Positions 11,449-25,381 of a DNA stretch of 64,000 nt are shown piece after piece (within the stretch, counting starts at the first letter, position 1; the number at the start of each line of letters is the position of its first letter). The position numbers and the translations under genes are program-made. Source of the stretch: Eledone cirrhosa. Taxonomy: Eukaryota. The stretch spans positions 53,320,001 through 53,384,000 of the forward strand of contig OZ024748.1 in NCBI GenBank assembly GCA_964016885.1, in the 5' to 3' direction. The notes below the pieces were generated by a model that searched no databases, was not told the DNA's origin, and saw nothing but the letters and a program-made list of their open reading frames with translations.

Positions 11449-12060
11449 ATAATAATAATAATGAAATTATTGTGTACAGTGCTCAGGTGCACTACAACTC
11501 ATCAACGGTGCATGTATAGTACATAGAATAATATACAAATGTCAGGGAAGTGAATAGTGTGTGAGTCATGAAATACATGTGTGAGTGTGTATGGAGGGGG
11601 AATATTAGATGTAGTGTTGACGAATCTCAGGAAGCATGGAGGCCTTAAAGGATGCAGAGTCTCGACAGCTAACAACTGGTGCAGGCAGTTGGTTCCATGC
11701 TTCAGCAACCCTGAGCGTGAAAAAATGTTTCCGAAAGTCATGGAGGCTGTGCTGTTTTCTGAGTTTGTTGGCATGCCCACGTGTGTTAGACACATGGAGA
11801 TCAAAAAAGTACTCAGGGTTGTTGTTGGCAAGATGGTTAATAATTGTGTAGGTGTTTACCAAGTCAGTTGCCAGACGTCAGAGCTTCAATGTATCCATGC
11901 CCAGGGAAGCAAGGCGTCAGAGTATGGTAGATGCCTGATGGAGGGTATTCGCTTGGTTGCACGTCTCTGAACAGTTTCCAGGTGGTCAATGCTCTGAGCA
12001 AGATGGGGGTTCCAAACTGGTGATGCAAATTCTAAGTGTGGCGGCACCATAGCTATATAC
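11449..12060 (-). mobile_element. CR1-clade LINE 3' end with (ATT)n tail
   Basis: PHLEFASPVWNPH...LETVQRRATKRIP...TRGHANKLRKQ...RKHFFTLRVAEAWNQLP is the typical CR1 ORF2 C-terminus. Confidence 0.85.
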
Positions 12061-12344
12061 AGTGATCTCTTGATACGATGAAGTAATCGCTCCACTTGGA
12101 GTAATTCCCTGATCTGCAAGCCCCACAGTTGACTGAGTCACCTTACACTAGAGGTCCTTCGGAGTAAAGCCATGTTCAGCTACATTAGCCATCGAAGCAC
12201 AAAGCAAAATTTCTTATTTCTTCTCTATCTACCAGGACTACAAGACAGGAGACAGAAATAAACACCAAATTATTAGAAAAACACTAAGAAATTGTAAATC
12301 TTATCAACAGTTACAAGTAAACACGTCTTGCCCAGGACAGATAC

Positions 12345-13228
12345 AAAAATAATGATAATAATTATCAACAACACAATCATCATCATCATCATCATCATCA
12401 TAAATAAAAAAACATTACCAATAACGCTGCTCTCATTATTATCATTATCATCAATGTCATCACCATTATCAGCATCATCATCACCAACATTATCATCATT
12501 GTCATCAGCATTATCAACACCATTATCGACACCATCATCACTAACATTATGATCATTATCATCATCATTATGATCATTATCATCATCATCATCACCATCG
12601 CTACCATTATCATCACCATCACCACCATCCTCACTATCATCACCATCGCCACCATTATCACCACCAGCATTATCATCACCATTATCACCACCACCATCAT
12701 CACCACCATCGTCACCACCATTATCGACACCACCACCACTATCACCACCATCACCATCACCACTATCACCACCATCACCACCATCACCCCCACCTCCACC
12801 ATCACCACCACCATCACCACCATCACCACCACCACCATCATCACCACCATTATCGACACCACCACCATCACCATCATCACCACTATCACCACTATCACCC
12901 CCACCCCCACCATCACCATCACCACCACCACCATCACCACCACCACCACCACCACCACCATCACCACCATCACCCCCACCCCCACCACCACCATCACCAT
13001 CACCACTATCACCACCACCACCAACATCACCATCATCACCACCATCACCCCCCATCACCCCCACCCCCACCACCACCATCACCACTATCATCATCACCAC
13101 CACCACTATCACCACCACCATCACCCCCACCAACACCACCACTATCACCACCACCACCACCACTATCACCACCACTATCACCACCACCACCATCACCATC
13201 ACCACTATAACCACCACCACCACCACAC
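12345..13228. repeat. (CAT/CAC)n low-complexity tract
   Basis: Directly visible. Confidence 0.9.
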
Positions 13229-13392
13229 GATCACTGACAATGGAATGACCTTCACCTTTCGTTATTTAAACAATTTATCTTTCCCCTCGCTCACCTCATT
13301 GCCCCCCTCCCACCCTCCCCCTCGCTCCTCCCCCACTATCACCACAACATCAAAATGTCGGTTATCTCAGCAAATTATCTGATACAAATCAC

Positions 13393-13481
13393 AGCTAATT
13401 AGAAACTTAACAGTAATTAATTAGAAATTGGCAACAGTAGAGATTATGGGGAAATGTTAAGTTGCCAAGGAACAGTTAGCT
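13393..13481 (+). ncRNA. Hairpin with two competing pairings
   Basis: agctaatt/agttagt-type outer stem (agctaatt 13393 / agttagct 13474) and aacttaaca/tgttaagtt; the alternative ttggcaac(13428)/gttgccaa(13461) overlaps the same 3' segment. Confidence 0.4.
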
Positions 13482-13546
13482 AACGGCCAGGACTCACACT
13501 ACAAATACACACTCACACACTTTATATATCTGTGTGTGTATATATA

Positions 13547-13582
<36 letters not shown>

Positions 13583-13671
13583 TATGTATGTATATGTATA
13601 TATATATGTATATGTATATATGTATATGTAAATATATATATGTATATGTATATATATATGTATATGTATAT

Positions 13672-13838
13672 GTAATAGGAACAAGTAAGACCCCGACGGC
13701 TGAGCTCAAGCCGTCGAAACGGCTTGAGCTCAGCCGTCGGGGTCTTACTTGTTCCTATTACCCACTCTACTACCCTAAGTATTGAGTACTTTGGTGCGTT
13801 ATGGTCCACCTGGTTCCTTACCACATTTCCTTCGTTAT
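13672..13838 (+). mobile_element. PLE-type terminal fragment (family H1) with the hammerhead 3' half, preceded by a perfect 43-bp inverted copy
   Basis: AGCCGTC-GAAA-CGGCT-tgagctc-AGCCG-TC-GGGG at 13709-13742; palindrome 13672-13761; embedded in (TA)n. Confidence 0.7.
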
Positions 13839-13839
13839 G

Positions 13840-13878
<39 letters not shown>

Positions 13879-13899
13879 AAGTATATATATATGTATATA

Positions 13900-13932
<33 letters not shown>

Positions 13933-13959
13933 ATATATATATATATGTGTGTATATATG

Positions 13960-13990
<31 letters not shown>

Positions 13991-14139
13991 GTATATATAT
14001 ATGTATATATATGTATGTATATATATGTATATATATATGTATATATATGTATATATATATATGTATATGTATATGTATATATATATATATGTATATATAT
14101 ATGTATATCTGTATATATATGTGTGTGAGTGTGTGTCTA

Positions 14140-14285
14140 TGGGTAACTACAGTAAGTAAGGTACTCAATACATAGCAGAGTATAAATATTTAATATAGAA
14201 AGGTTTCTACAGGACTAGAACTGTTTCATTCGCTAGAAATGACCAGGAAGCCTCCTGTAGAAGCCTTTCTATATTAAATATATAT
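14140..14285 (-). mobile_element. PLE-like terminal fragment with an inverted duplication; family copy at 52475-52612
   Basis: atttaatatagaaaggtttctacagga / tcctgtagaagcctttctatattaaat; shares ggactagaactgtttcatt and gtattgagtaccttactta (inverted) with 52475-52612. Confidence 0.5.
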
Positions 14286-15079
14286 ATATATATATATATC
14301 TTAGTCTTAATATTCTTCCATGGAGCAGTAAGTACTCAGCAACGGGCACGATCAGCGGCAACTTTTTCGAGACATAAATATATATATATACACACGTAAA
14401 CACCCATATATACAAATAATCTCTATGTCTTGGCGAGGCAAATATGTTTCGTTAGTGAGTTCTAATGATGTTAAAGTACGTCTGTTATCTTCAACGACAA
14501 GATCTACATCTACCGACATAGTATTTACTTTTCAAACATTTGGTTTTATATATCTGGAATTGTCTTACTCCTGTTTGGTTTTAACTTTTAATCACCTCTA
14601 GATGATATATTGGGGAGTGGGGGGGTCTTCTGATTACAAGGATAATCCCAGTGAATCAAAGTTTTTCAACACACTGGATTACAACGAGAAAGTATTTTAA
14701 CAAATGTCTGCTTAGGTCAGTGCTGACCAGAACGTAAACAACAATAGCAACTACAAAATTTTCTAATTGCTATTCATTCATTTAGTTACGATTGGGTGGT
14801 ATTTAAAAAAAATATTTGAAAAGTATTGCACCAGAATATCAGACTTATTTATTTAATCAATTTAAACGTCCGTATAGAACTAGTAAGCCATGACAGACCA
14901 AAGGAAGTATCTAGTACTTCTTCAAGACACACAAAAAAAAACCAATAAAATATACAGAAATAAATAAATATGAAAATTAAATAAAATTAAATTTAAATTA
15001 AATAAGATATAAACTAAATTAAAATTAAATTTTTAACAGGGAAAGCCAACGGGAAGCAAAATAAGCATTAATAAAGATA

Positions 15080-15655
15080 GCAACTAGAAGTTTCTGCTGT
15101 TGAATCTTTTCGTAACCTGTATGTGCTCAAAGATTTTGTTTATAGTTGGTAGATCTTTTATAATACATTGTATCTCCAAACTTGGTAGATTTTTTAATAA
15201 TCGGCCTCAAGATATTAAGGTACAATTGTTAATCCATAGGAAGATCGTTTTGCTGTCGCAACAATGCACTATGTTATAGAAGTGTTTGTGAATTCTTCTC
15301 TCCTTCAGTTTCCAAATATATTGAGACAGAAAGGTGGAATATATTTTAGCTCTGAAGGAGAAACATGCAGTCTATGGTATATGGTTGAATGTAACAGTGT
15401 TCTCCTTGATCTCTGCATTGTTGTTATTTTAGTTGTATAAACATGTGAGAAATTTGTCATTGAGTGAGCAGGCCGTTACACTCTGGTAATTGATTTGGTG
15501 TTTTTCTGGATATAATATTTTGATTATGGTGAGATATCTCGGTTGTAATGTTTTTAGAAGCAGAGGGGATTCATCTTTATATCATTCTTATTGAAAGAGT
15601 TCGTAATATTTCTTTGAGAGAGAAAAGTTTCTTTATATGTAAAGGTTTATAGCTA
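15080..15655 (-). pseudogene. Highly decayed Penelope-like element ORF (linker plus GIY-YIG endonuclease region)
   Basis: Across frameshifts on -: KKYYELF/FNKNDIK...ISHHNQNII...CN..CSLNDK..VYTTKI...SFRAKIYSTFLSQYIWKLKE...SIT*CIVATAK. This matches PLE motifs LFNxNxxK, ISxHNxxIL, STxLSxYIWxLK and IxWxI. STFLSQYIWKLKE lies at about 15301-15338. Confidence 0.7.
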
Positions 15656-15656
15656 T

Positions 15657-15845
15657 ATTGTTTCTACTTTTGTCACAAGGCCAGCAATTATGCAGTGTAT
15701 TACTGGTACTTTATTTTATCGACCCCGTAAGGATGAAAGGCAAAGTTAACCTCGGCGGGATTTGAACTCAGAATGGAAAGGGCTGTAACTCTATGTGTCA
15801 AAGCATGGCGTCCGACCCTCTACCGATACTGCCAATCCACCGCCT
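15657..15845 (-). mobile_element. SINE family A, full length, adjoining or inserted into the PLE remnant
   Basis: Family A head, core and tail on -. Confidence 0.9.
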
Positions 15846-16280
15846 TAGATACGACTATATTAGATACGACTCTCATACTAAAAGGGTATCTTTTCGTAGT
15901 TCTATTGCTTGTGGGTCTTGTTTCATATATTATAAATTTTCTTTGATACGACTTCTATTTAATGCTCCATTGTAATGGAATACCATGTGGTTGAATATGT
16001 CCCTGTCGGAGGATCAATGATCGGGTGTGCCAATAGTTAAACACTGATGATCCTTAAGCTGATACTATGTGTGTGTGTGTGCGATAAAAATTATATATAA
16101 CCTTATCATGCAGAAGGTGATTATCCACTTTTCTCTTTCAGGACAGGAAGATGTACTCTCTATTTATTCACAATAATCTCTATTACAACTCCCACAGTGT
16201 AATATAGAGTGTGTCCCAAAAAATTATACACACCCCAACAGCATTCTAATCAATGGGTATACATTTGGGGCGGGGCACCC

Positions 16281-16334
<54 letters not shown>

Positions 16335-16738
16335 CAAACGTTAACGGAAACAACAAAGTAAACAACGAAATACAATGAAGAAATATATTAGTTTCACACT
16401 TGATATAGTAGGATCGATGTGTTCTTCCCTAACTAGTCTAAGTGTCTAAATTACGTCCGTTTTGTTTTGAACTTTCATCGTCTTTTACATTTGAAAAGGG
16501 GGTTAGCACCGAAATATATTGGGAAATAACATTATTTGTCGTCCTTTGCACTTTATATATTTCTACCGCGTTGTACCAGCTTTTTAAAACTTAACAACCA
16601 TTTATTACATATCTGACAGTGCTTTGTATTAACTATACTACTTAATAATATTTCATCGTTTATTGTTAAGGAATAAAATGTAATGACAAAATAAAAATAG
16701 ATTTTTTTAAAATTAGGCCCCCGTGTGTGTGTGGCCGT

Positions 16739-17054
16739 AAGTTAGAAGATTCAATGTCGTGATTATGTGACACGTCACATATACAATAAGTGTTGGACCT
16801 ACTTATCTGTAAGCCACCACCCTAATATAATAGACATTGCTTTTTCTACTTTAGGCACAAGGCCAGCAATTCACCAGTGCATTACTGGTACTTGCTGGCC
16901 TTGTGCCTAAAGTACTGGGTAATTGCTGGCCTTGTGCCTAAAGTAGAAAAAGCAATGTCTATTATATTAGGGTGGTGGCTTATAGATAAGAAGGTCCAAC
17001 ACTTATTGTATATGTCATCACGTCACATAATCACGACATTGAATCTTCTAACTT
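16739..17054. repeat. Inverted duplication of about 135 bp comprising a SINE A tail plus unique flank
   Basis: aagttagaagattcaatgtcgtgattatgtgac...ctttaggcacaaggccagcaatt is mirrored at 16920-17054. Confidence 0.9.
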
Positions 17055-17314
17055 CTCTCTATATTAATTTACAATATATAATTAATTATATCAGAATGGA
17101 AATTAATATTCTGCCAATCTAATGAAGTAATTAGAAATAAATGCTTTTTTTTAATTTATTTATTTAATGAAATATAAAATTAATAAATTCATTAATGGAC
17201 TAGGCCATTTCAAATGTGATATGCATGTATATGTGTGTGTAGGGTGTATGTGCGTGTCTGTGTCCGAGTGTGTGTGGATATATATATATATATACATGCG
17301 TACATATATAATAT

Positions 17315-17345
<31 letters not shown>

Positions 17346-17557
17346 GTATGTATTTATATGTATATATGTATATGTATATATTGTATGTATATATATGTAT
17401 GTATGTATGTATATATATGTATGTATGTATGTATGTATATATATGTGTATATATATATATGTATGTATATATATGTGTATATATATATGTGTATATATAT
17501 ATGTATATATACATATGTATATATATACACATATATATACATATATATATATGTATA

Positions 17558-17612
<55 letters not shown>

Positions 17613-17844
17613 ATACATATGTATAAACATTTTATACATATATATATATATATATATATACATATATATATGTATATATATTATATGTATATATTGTGTG
17701 TATATATATGTGTGCATGTATTATATCTATATTGCTGATTCTTCTATTTTAATAAAAATGAGTAAAATATTATTATTATTATTATTATTTGAATTTAGTT
17801 TGCTAGTGTTATTCAAAAAGCTATTCAATTTTATTTTCTTGGGG

Positions 17845-18460
17845 CAAGATTGGTCGGCTGATCATGTCTCACTTGTACAGAACTGTATCTGGCAGGTTTT
17901 CTACCACTGGATGCCCTTCCTAAAACCAACCACATTTACAGTATGCACTGGGAGCCTTTTTACTGTGTCTCCTACACCAACCACATTTACAGTTTGGACT
18001 GGTTTCTTTTTGTCATGTCACAAACACAACCACCTTACAATGTAGACTGATTGCTTTTTGTCATGTCACCAACACAACCACCTTATAATGTGGACTGGTT
18101 GCTTTTTGTCTCACCAACACTACCACCTTAAGATGTGGACTGGGTGCTTTTTGTTATGTCACAAGAACAACCACCTTACAGTGAGAACTGGGCACATATA
18201 GATATATATATATATATTATATATATATATATTTAATATATGTGTGTGTAGGTGTCATGACAAAAAGCACACAGCACACACTATAAATGTGGTTGGCATT
18301 AGCAAGGAGAGCATCCAGCTGTAGAAACCAAGCTAGAAACAGTTCTGTATGAGCGGGACATGGTCACCTGACCCAACTTGCCTCAAATGGGACAAGCCGT
18401 TTAACCCATGCTAGTATGGAAACTGGATGTTAAACAATGATGATGTTGATGATGATGATA
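17845..18460. mobile_element. Oppositely oriented fragments of an RTE-tailed SINE 3' part with internal tandem subrepeats of about 49 bp
   Basis: ctggatgcccttcctaa...ccaaccacatttacag on - and gcatccagctgtagaaacc...catgctagtatggaaaactggatgttaaacaatgatgatg on +. Confidence 0.65.
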
Positions 18461-18640
18461 TATATATATATATGTGTGTGTGTGTGACAAGTTTCCTCAC
18501 AGTCTCCATATACCAAATTTCTCTCTTGAGGCTCTAGCAGAAGGTATTTTTTACCCAAGGTGTTACACATTATAATTGAACTTGAGGCCACCAGATTGTA
18601 AAGAGATCTTCTTAACCACACAGCTATGTCTAGTATATAT

Positions 18641-19542
18641 AGTTGTTTCTACTTTTGGCACAAGGCCAGCAATTATCCAGTATATTACTGGTACTTTATT
18701 TTATCGACCCCGTAAGGATGAAAGGCAAAGTCAACCTCGGCGGGATTTGAACTCAGATTGTAAAGGGACATAACTATGTCTATTATATATATAATTGTTT
18801 CTACATTTGGCACAAGGCCAGCAATTACCCAGTACATTACTGGTACTTTATTTTATCGTCCCCGTAAGGATGAAAGGCAAAGCTAACCTCAGCAAGATTT
18901 GAACTCAGATCGTAAAGGGACGTAACTATGCTGGAAAGCATGGCGTCCGACCCTCTACCGATACTGCCAACCCACCACCATTATGTCTATTATATTAGGG
19001 CGGTGGATTGGCAGTATCGGTAGAGGGTCGGACGCCATGCTTTGGTGTATAGTTACGGCCCTTGCCATTCTGAGTTCGAATCCTGCTGAGGTTAACTTTG
19101 TCTTTCATCCTTACGGGGACGATAAAATAAAGTACCAGTAATGCACTGGGGTAATTGCTGGCCTTATGCCTGAAGTAGAAACAATTATGTCTATTATATA
19201 TATAATTGTTTCTACTTTAGGCACAAGGCCAGCAAATACCCAGTATATTACTGGTACTTTATTTTATCGACCCCGTAAGGATGAAAGGCAAAGTCAACCT
19301 CGGCGGGATTTGAACTCAGATTGTAAAGGGACATAACTATGTCTATTATATATATAATTGTTTCTACTTTAGGCACAAGGCCAGCAAATACCCAGTACAT
19401 TACTGGTACTTTATTTTATCGACCCCGTAAGGATGAAAGGCAAAGTGAACCTCGGCGGGATTTGAACTCAGAATGGCAAGGGACGTAACTATGCTGGAAA
19501 GCATGGCGTCCGACCCTCTACTGATACTGCCACTCCACGCCC
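18641..19542. mobile_element. Array of five SINE A copies (-,-,+,-,-) joined by a shared atgtctattata spacer
   Basis: Copies at about 18641, 18795, 18997(+), 19205 and 19358, with the same spacer at each junction. Confidence 0.85.
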
Positions 19543-19859
19543 TTATATGGTATATAATGTTATGAGAACAGTATTTTTTGGCTTCTATATGTACATATGT
19601 AAATTTCATATAAATAAATATATAATGCATACATATATGTGTATATGTATGAGACTGATACCTAATAGATACAAATAAGTGTTTATGTGTGTGTGTATGT
19701 GTGAGTGTGTGTGTATATCATCATCACCATCATTTAATATCTGTTAAATTGTATGTGTGTATATGTGTATGAATATAAATTTATATATATATATCAATAT
19801 TCTTTGTGTGTGTGTATATGTGTGTATCATCATCAGCATTTTACGTCCGCTTTTCTCTG

Positions 19860-20640
<781 letters not shown>

Positions 20641-21080
20641 AAGTGTCTCAATAGATGTTTATATGATTATGTTTAAAAATTAATGCTATCAACTCAGTCA
20701 GACGTTTGCTGAATGAGATTTTCAATTTCCATAATTAAACTGATTTTTGTTAGAATAAATGACAAAATATTATATAGTCTTTTAAAAGAGAAGAATAATC
20801 TTTGTTCTGCTTTGCTCCCTCTCATTATAAATATATATAAATAAATTTATTTGTTTATAGTAGTGTGAACATGCAATCTGAAAGATGGTGTATTTTGTAT
20901 TGACATTTGTTTTTATATATGTTGATGAATTCACAATGGTAGAATTTGTGTTTTTTCAAGAAAAATATATATAAATAAATTTATATGTTGATGAGATATT
21001 TAATTTGTTGGAAATCCAACAAATATAGATATCTTTTCCAGGGATAACTTAACCTTGTTCATGTCAAATATTTATAAAAC

Positions 21081-21140
21081 ATGTTATCTGATGATAGCGT
21101 ACCAACATTTTTGGTACCCTTGAAATATATATAATAGAAT
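21081..21140 (+). ncRNA. Type I hammerhead ribozyme (family H3), slightly decayed
   Basis: ttat-CTGATGA(21088)-tag-c-GTACCAA/TTGGTAC-c-ctt-GAAA-TATATA-TA-atag; downstream aataaatatggttttataaatatagtttc is shared with the 35918 copy. Confidence 0.6.
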
Positions 21141-21399
21141 AAATATGGTTTTATAAATATAGTTTCCATTTATTTAATATCATTGAATTATAAATAAATT
21201 TATATATTTATAGTAGTATGAACATGAAATCTTAAAGATGGTGTATTTTGTATTGACATTGGTTTTTTTTGGTGATCTTTCTTTTTGCAATGATAGAATG
21301 TGTGTGTGATCTTTTAAGGAAATTTGGCTGGGTGTTTGTAAATTATGTAGACTTCCTATGATGTTCAGCCAACTCATATCTCACTGAGCTGTTTACAGT

Positions 21400-22440
21400 A
21401 GGTGGCAAGTTAGTATATTCCTTTGAATACTGGAGAGATTTTTTGTAGTATTTATACCAGCTCTTTGGGCTCTGGGTTCAAAACCTGCTGAAGTCAACTT
21501 TGCCTTTCACCATTTTGTGGTTGATAAAAAGAAATGCCAGTCCAGGACTGTTGCTGTTTCTTCCTCTCTCACTTCCTCCTCACAAGACTCATTGTATATT
21601 CTTTAATGGCACTCCTGTGACTTCATCAGAATTTGTGGTAATTAGTTATGGCATTTTATATTCTGAGTTCAATCCCTGTCAATGTTAGCTTTGCCTTATA
21701 TCCTTAGTTCGATAAAATAAAGTACCAGTAATGCACTGGGTGTTGAATTAATTGACTTTCCCCTCCCCTAAAACTGTTGACCTTGTGCCTAAATCAGAAA
21801 TCATTATTATTGGCAGTATCGGTAGAGGGTCGGACGCCATGCTTTCCAGCATAGTTACGTCCCTTTACGATCCGAGTTCAAATTCCGCCGAGGTTAACTT
21901 TGCCTTTCATCCTTACGGGGTCGATAAAATAAAGTACCAGTAATGTACTGGGTATTTGCTGGCCTTGTGCCAAAAATAGAAACAATTATTATTATTATTG
22001 GCAGTGTATTGACAGCATCGGACAACATGCTTTGTGGCATATAGTTATGTCCCTTTATGTTTTGAGTTCAAATCCCGCAGATGTCAGCTTTGCCTTTCAT
22101 CCTTACGGAGTCCATAAAATAAAGCACCAGTAATGCACTGGGGTTGAGTTAATTAACTTTCCACCCTCCTCCGCCAAAATTACTGGCCTTGTGCCTAAAG
22201 TAGAAACCATTATTATTGTTATTATTATTAAAAGTAACGGTAGGGCAGTGGATTGGTAGTATCATTAGAGCGTAAGACACCATGCTTTGCAGCATGGTCT
22301 GAGTTCAAATCCCGCCAAGGTTAACTTTGCCATTCATCCTTACGGGGTCGATAAAATAAAGTACCAGTAACGTACTAGGGTCGATTTATTCAACTTTCCC
22401 CTCCCCAAAATTACTGGCCTTGTACCTAATGTAGAAACTA
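21400..22440 (+). mobile_element. Head-to-tail cluster of about five SINE A copies of differing age
   Basis: Repeated gagttcaaat...tttgcctttcatcc...taaaataaagtaccag at about 21480, 21665, 21875, 22065 and 22300. Confidence 0.8.
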
Positions 22441-22627
22441 TTATTACAAGTAATCCTCAGTTCTCTCCCCCTATTGGGGATATTTCCTTTGTTTTCATTT
22501 TTTTGTTACATCCTTTGTTTTTTCCTTTTTTTTTTTACAGGCAGAAACCCATATTTGTACTGTCCTATGCTGTCCTTAATGTATTTTTTTGTAAGCCCTT
22601 TGTGGTTAATAAAGAAATTATCATCAA

Positions 22628-22659
<32 letters not shown>

Positions 22660-23142
22660 TCATTAATGTAGCTGTTGCAGGGATTGACTGACCCACATAT
22701 GACAGCTGTCACTACCTTAAAACAATCACTACCACTACTAGTTCTTATAACCACTGTTTCTCAGCAACTTCAGAATGTCTGTAATTATTTCAAACTAAGT
22801 GTTTATCATGATTAGGAACAGATTAAAAGACTAATCCTTTATAAGCTGTTTCTGCCACAACCCATCCTATATAGGACTTTGAACCTTTTGGTTCCAACAA
22901 ATCTGCAACTGCCCCTAATTGTATGCTATAAAACTAATCATTTTAAAATTGATATTTATTTTAAGTTCAAATTATTTTATATCTCTTTCAAAATGTTTAA
23001 CCCTTTTGTTGCAATATTTCTAATGAAATACATTGTCTATATGTATCAATTAATTTTAGTTTTCAATGTTCATATTTATATTAAGAATTCACATAATTTT
23101 ATTTCAGAAACTTTTAAGAAATGTTTCAAACATCTGCTAGCC

Positions 23143-23650
23143 CAGGGGTCACAAACTCAAGGACTGAAAATGGTCATTACATCTTGGGGGAGAGGCCCAG
23201 TGAACCAAAAGTGACATGAGGTGGTGGGGCATAATTTTCACTTATTATAATGCTAAAATGTAATACAGCTGATAGGTTGTTATTTATTTGATACTTAGTA
23301 CTGATGCTGATGCTGGTGTTAGAGTATGGAAGGGGCAAGGGACAAATTATTAAGTTTTAAGAAAATATTAGTAACAAAAATTGTTCTGCCACAGGCCATA
23401 GAAAAGTAATTTAACCCTTTAGCATTCACATTACTCTATATATACTATTATATTTTCATGGTAAAGTCTTTACCTTACATAATATCTCGCATAATATCGA
23501 ATCTATGACATTTTGAAAGTATTTATTTTGAGAACAATACCTTAACATCAGTTTGAGTGACCAGTTACAGCCAGTTTCAACAGAAAAAGGTAGAGAATTC
23601 TGGCCGGTTTGAACATTAAAGGGTTAAGGACCACATGTCTGTGACCTTTG
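23143..23650 (+). mobile_element. hAT-like MITE (CAGGGGTCACAAAC...GTCTGTGACCTTTG) containing a nested piggyBac-like MITE
   Basis: Imperfect terminal inverted repeats; an uninterrupted copy lies inverted at about 43065-43348. Confidence 0.65.
23415..23623. mobile_element. piggyBac-type MITE with TTAA TSD
   Basis: TTAA|CCCTTT...AAAGGG|TTAA; empty TTAA site in the paralogue at 43087-43090; second copy at about 50322-50548. Confidence 0.85.
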
Positions 23651-24988
23651 CTCTTAGTCAATTAAAAAGTTTATTTATTTCATTAAATTCTTCAGATTTT
23701 TAGAATTTAATGATAATATATTTCATTAAAAATATGATAACAAAAGAGTTAAACATTTTGAAAGACTGGTTTGTGCTGGTGAATTTCAAAAGTAATATAA
23801 AATAATTTGAACTTAAAATATATTAATATCAATTTTAAATTATTTCTATTGACTATTGTTGTCTGGGCTATTTACTAATAACCACACCTCATTAATTTAT
23901 TTGAATCCTCCTAGTTACTATATTATTCTTTAAGAAATGTTCCAAACCTCAGCTTAATAAGGAAAAATTTAGTTTTCTTACTGAATTCTTGTAAACTGTT
24001 GGTTATTTTCAAAGTTAATTGAAACCTTAGCAATGTAGTTCATTAGAAATATGTTAACAAAAGAATTCAAATAGAAATAGAAGCTTCACCATAACATTGT
24101 CTACATAATATAGTCTAATATTGCTGGCACTGGGTAATTGCTGGGCCAGCAATTACCCAGTGCATTACTGGTACTTTATTTTATCGACCCCGTAAGGATG
24201 AAAGGCAAAGTTAACCAGTCTAATAATTGGACGTAAAACCCACTGAATGGAAAAGCTTCAGTTTCATTTCCAAACTTCAGTCACCATCATACAAACATAC
24301 TTCCTTTGTTAACATTAAAGTGAAGAAGACCATAAAAATTGAGATAAACATCCCTGAACCAACATAGAAACTTCTACATGGTTGCTCACCATGCTAGAAA
24401 TAGCTACCAAATTAACCCTCAAATCTCTTCCCCTCTATTTGTGTTGGGATAATCTGTTTAATCACTCCCATACCTTATGTAGAGCTCATTTGAACCAGAC
24501 ACATTACATAATGGAGTTGTAGATAACACTAAACAAAACACAATAGAGTCAACCTAGAAAGACTTTGGAAGACCTTAAAAAGACAACATACGGCTTTGTC
24601 ATAGAATTGAACCCATGGCCTAATGATAATGAGCCTAACACTGTAACTACTAGGCCACCTGCCTTCACATGACAATATAAGGGCTCCTTGATTGGGTATG
24701 GTATGGTATGATATGGGGTGGTTGTGTTGTTGGGACAAGGTAATCAGTGACAAAGAGATGAATATGTTGAGAAATTATATATATATATATATATATATCA
24801 TCATCATCATCATTGTTTAATGCCCATTTTCCATGCTAGCATGGATAGAACGGGTTGACCTTTTGGGAGAGAATCAGGTCAGATTGCTCACTCGGGGCTG
24901 ATTTGGGTTTGGTTTCTACAGCTGGATGCCCTTCCTAATGCCAACCACATTTATAGTGTGGACTGGGCACTTTTGTCATGTTCCCAAC

Positions 24989-25057
<69 letters not shown>

Positions 25058-25151
25058 ATAATAATAAATTTGAAGACTAAAATCCAAAGAGGGCTCGATA
25101 AGGATAAATATATATCAAATATATAAGAACCGTAGAGCAAATATTTATTAA

Positions 25152-25185
<34 letters not shown>

Positions 25186-25381
25186 TCAGAATAGAACCAT
25201 TTTAAAACTAGTTAGACTATTACTCAACAGAGTACCCAATACCTGGGGTTGTAGAGTATGGCTATATTATAAAGAGTCATGACCTGATGGCTGATCTCTT
25301 GCCATTTCAAGAGCTAGTTCTAGAGGGCTGTTGAAATGATAAGAGCTCAACCGTCAGGTCCCAACTTTTTATAATATATAT

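Noticed and set aside
16490-16525. Degenerate hammerhead-like ttgaaaa-gggg..acc-GAAA-tata-tt
   Set aside because: There are too many core substitutions and no second copy in the window.
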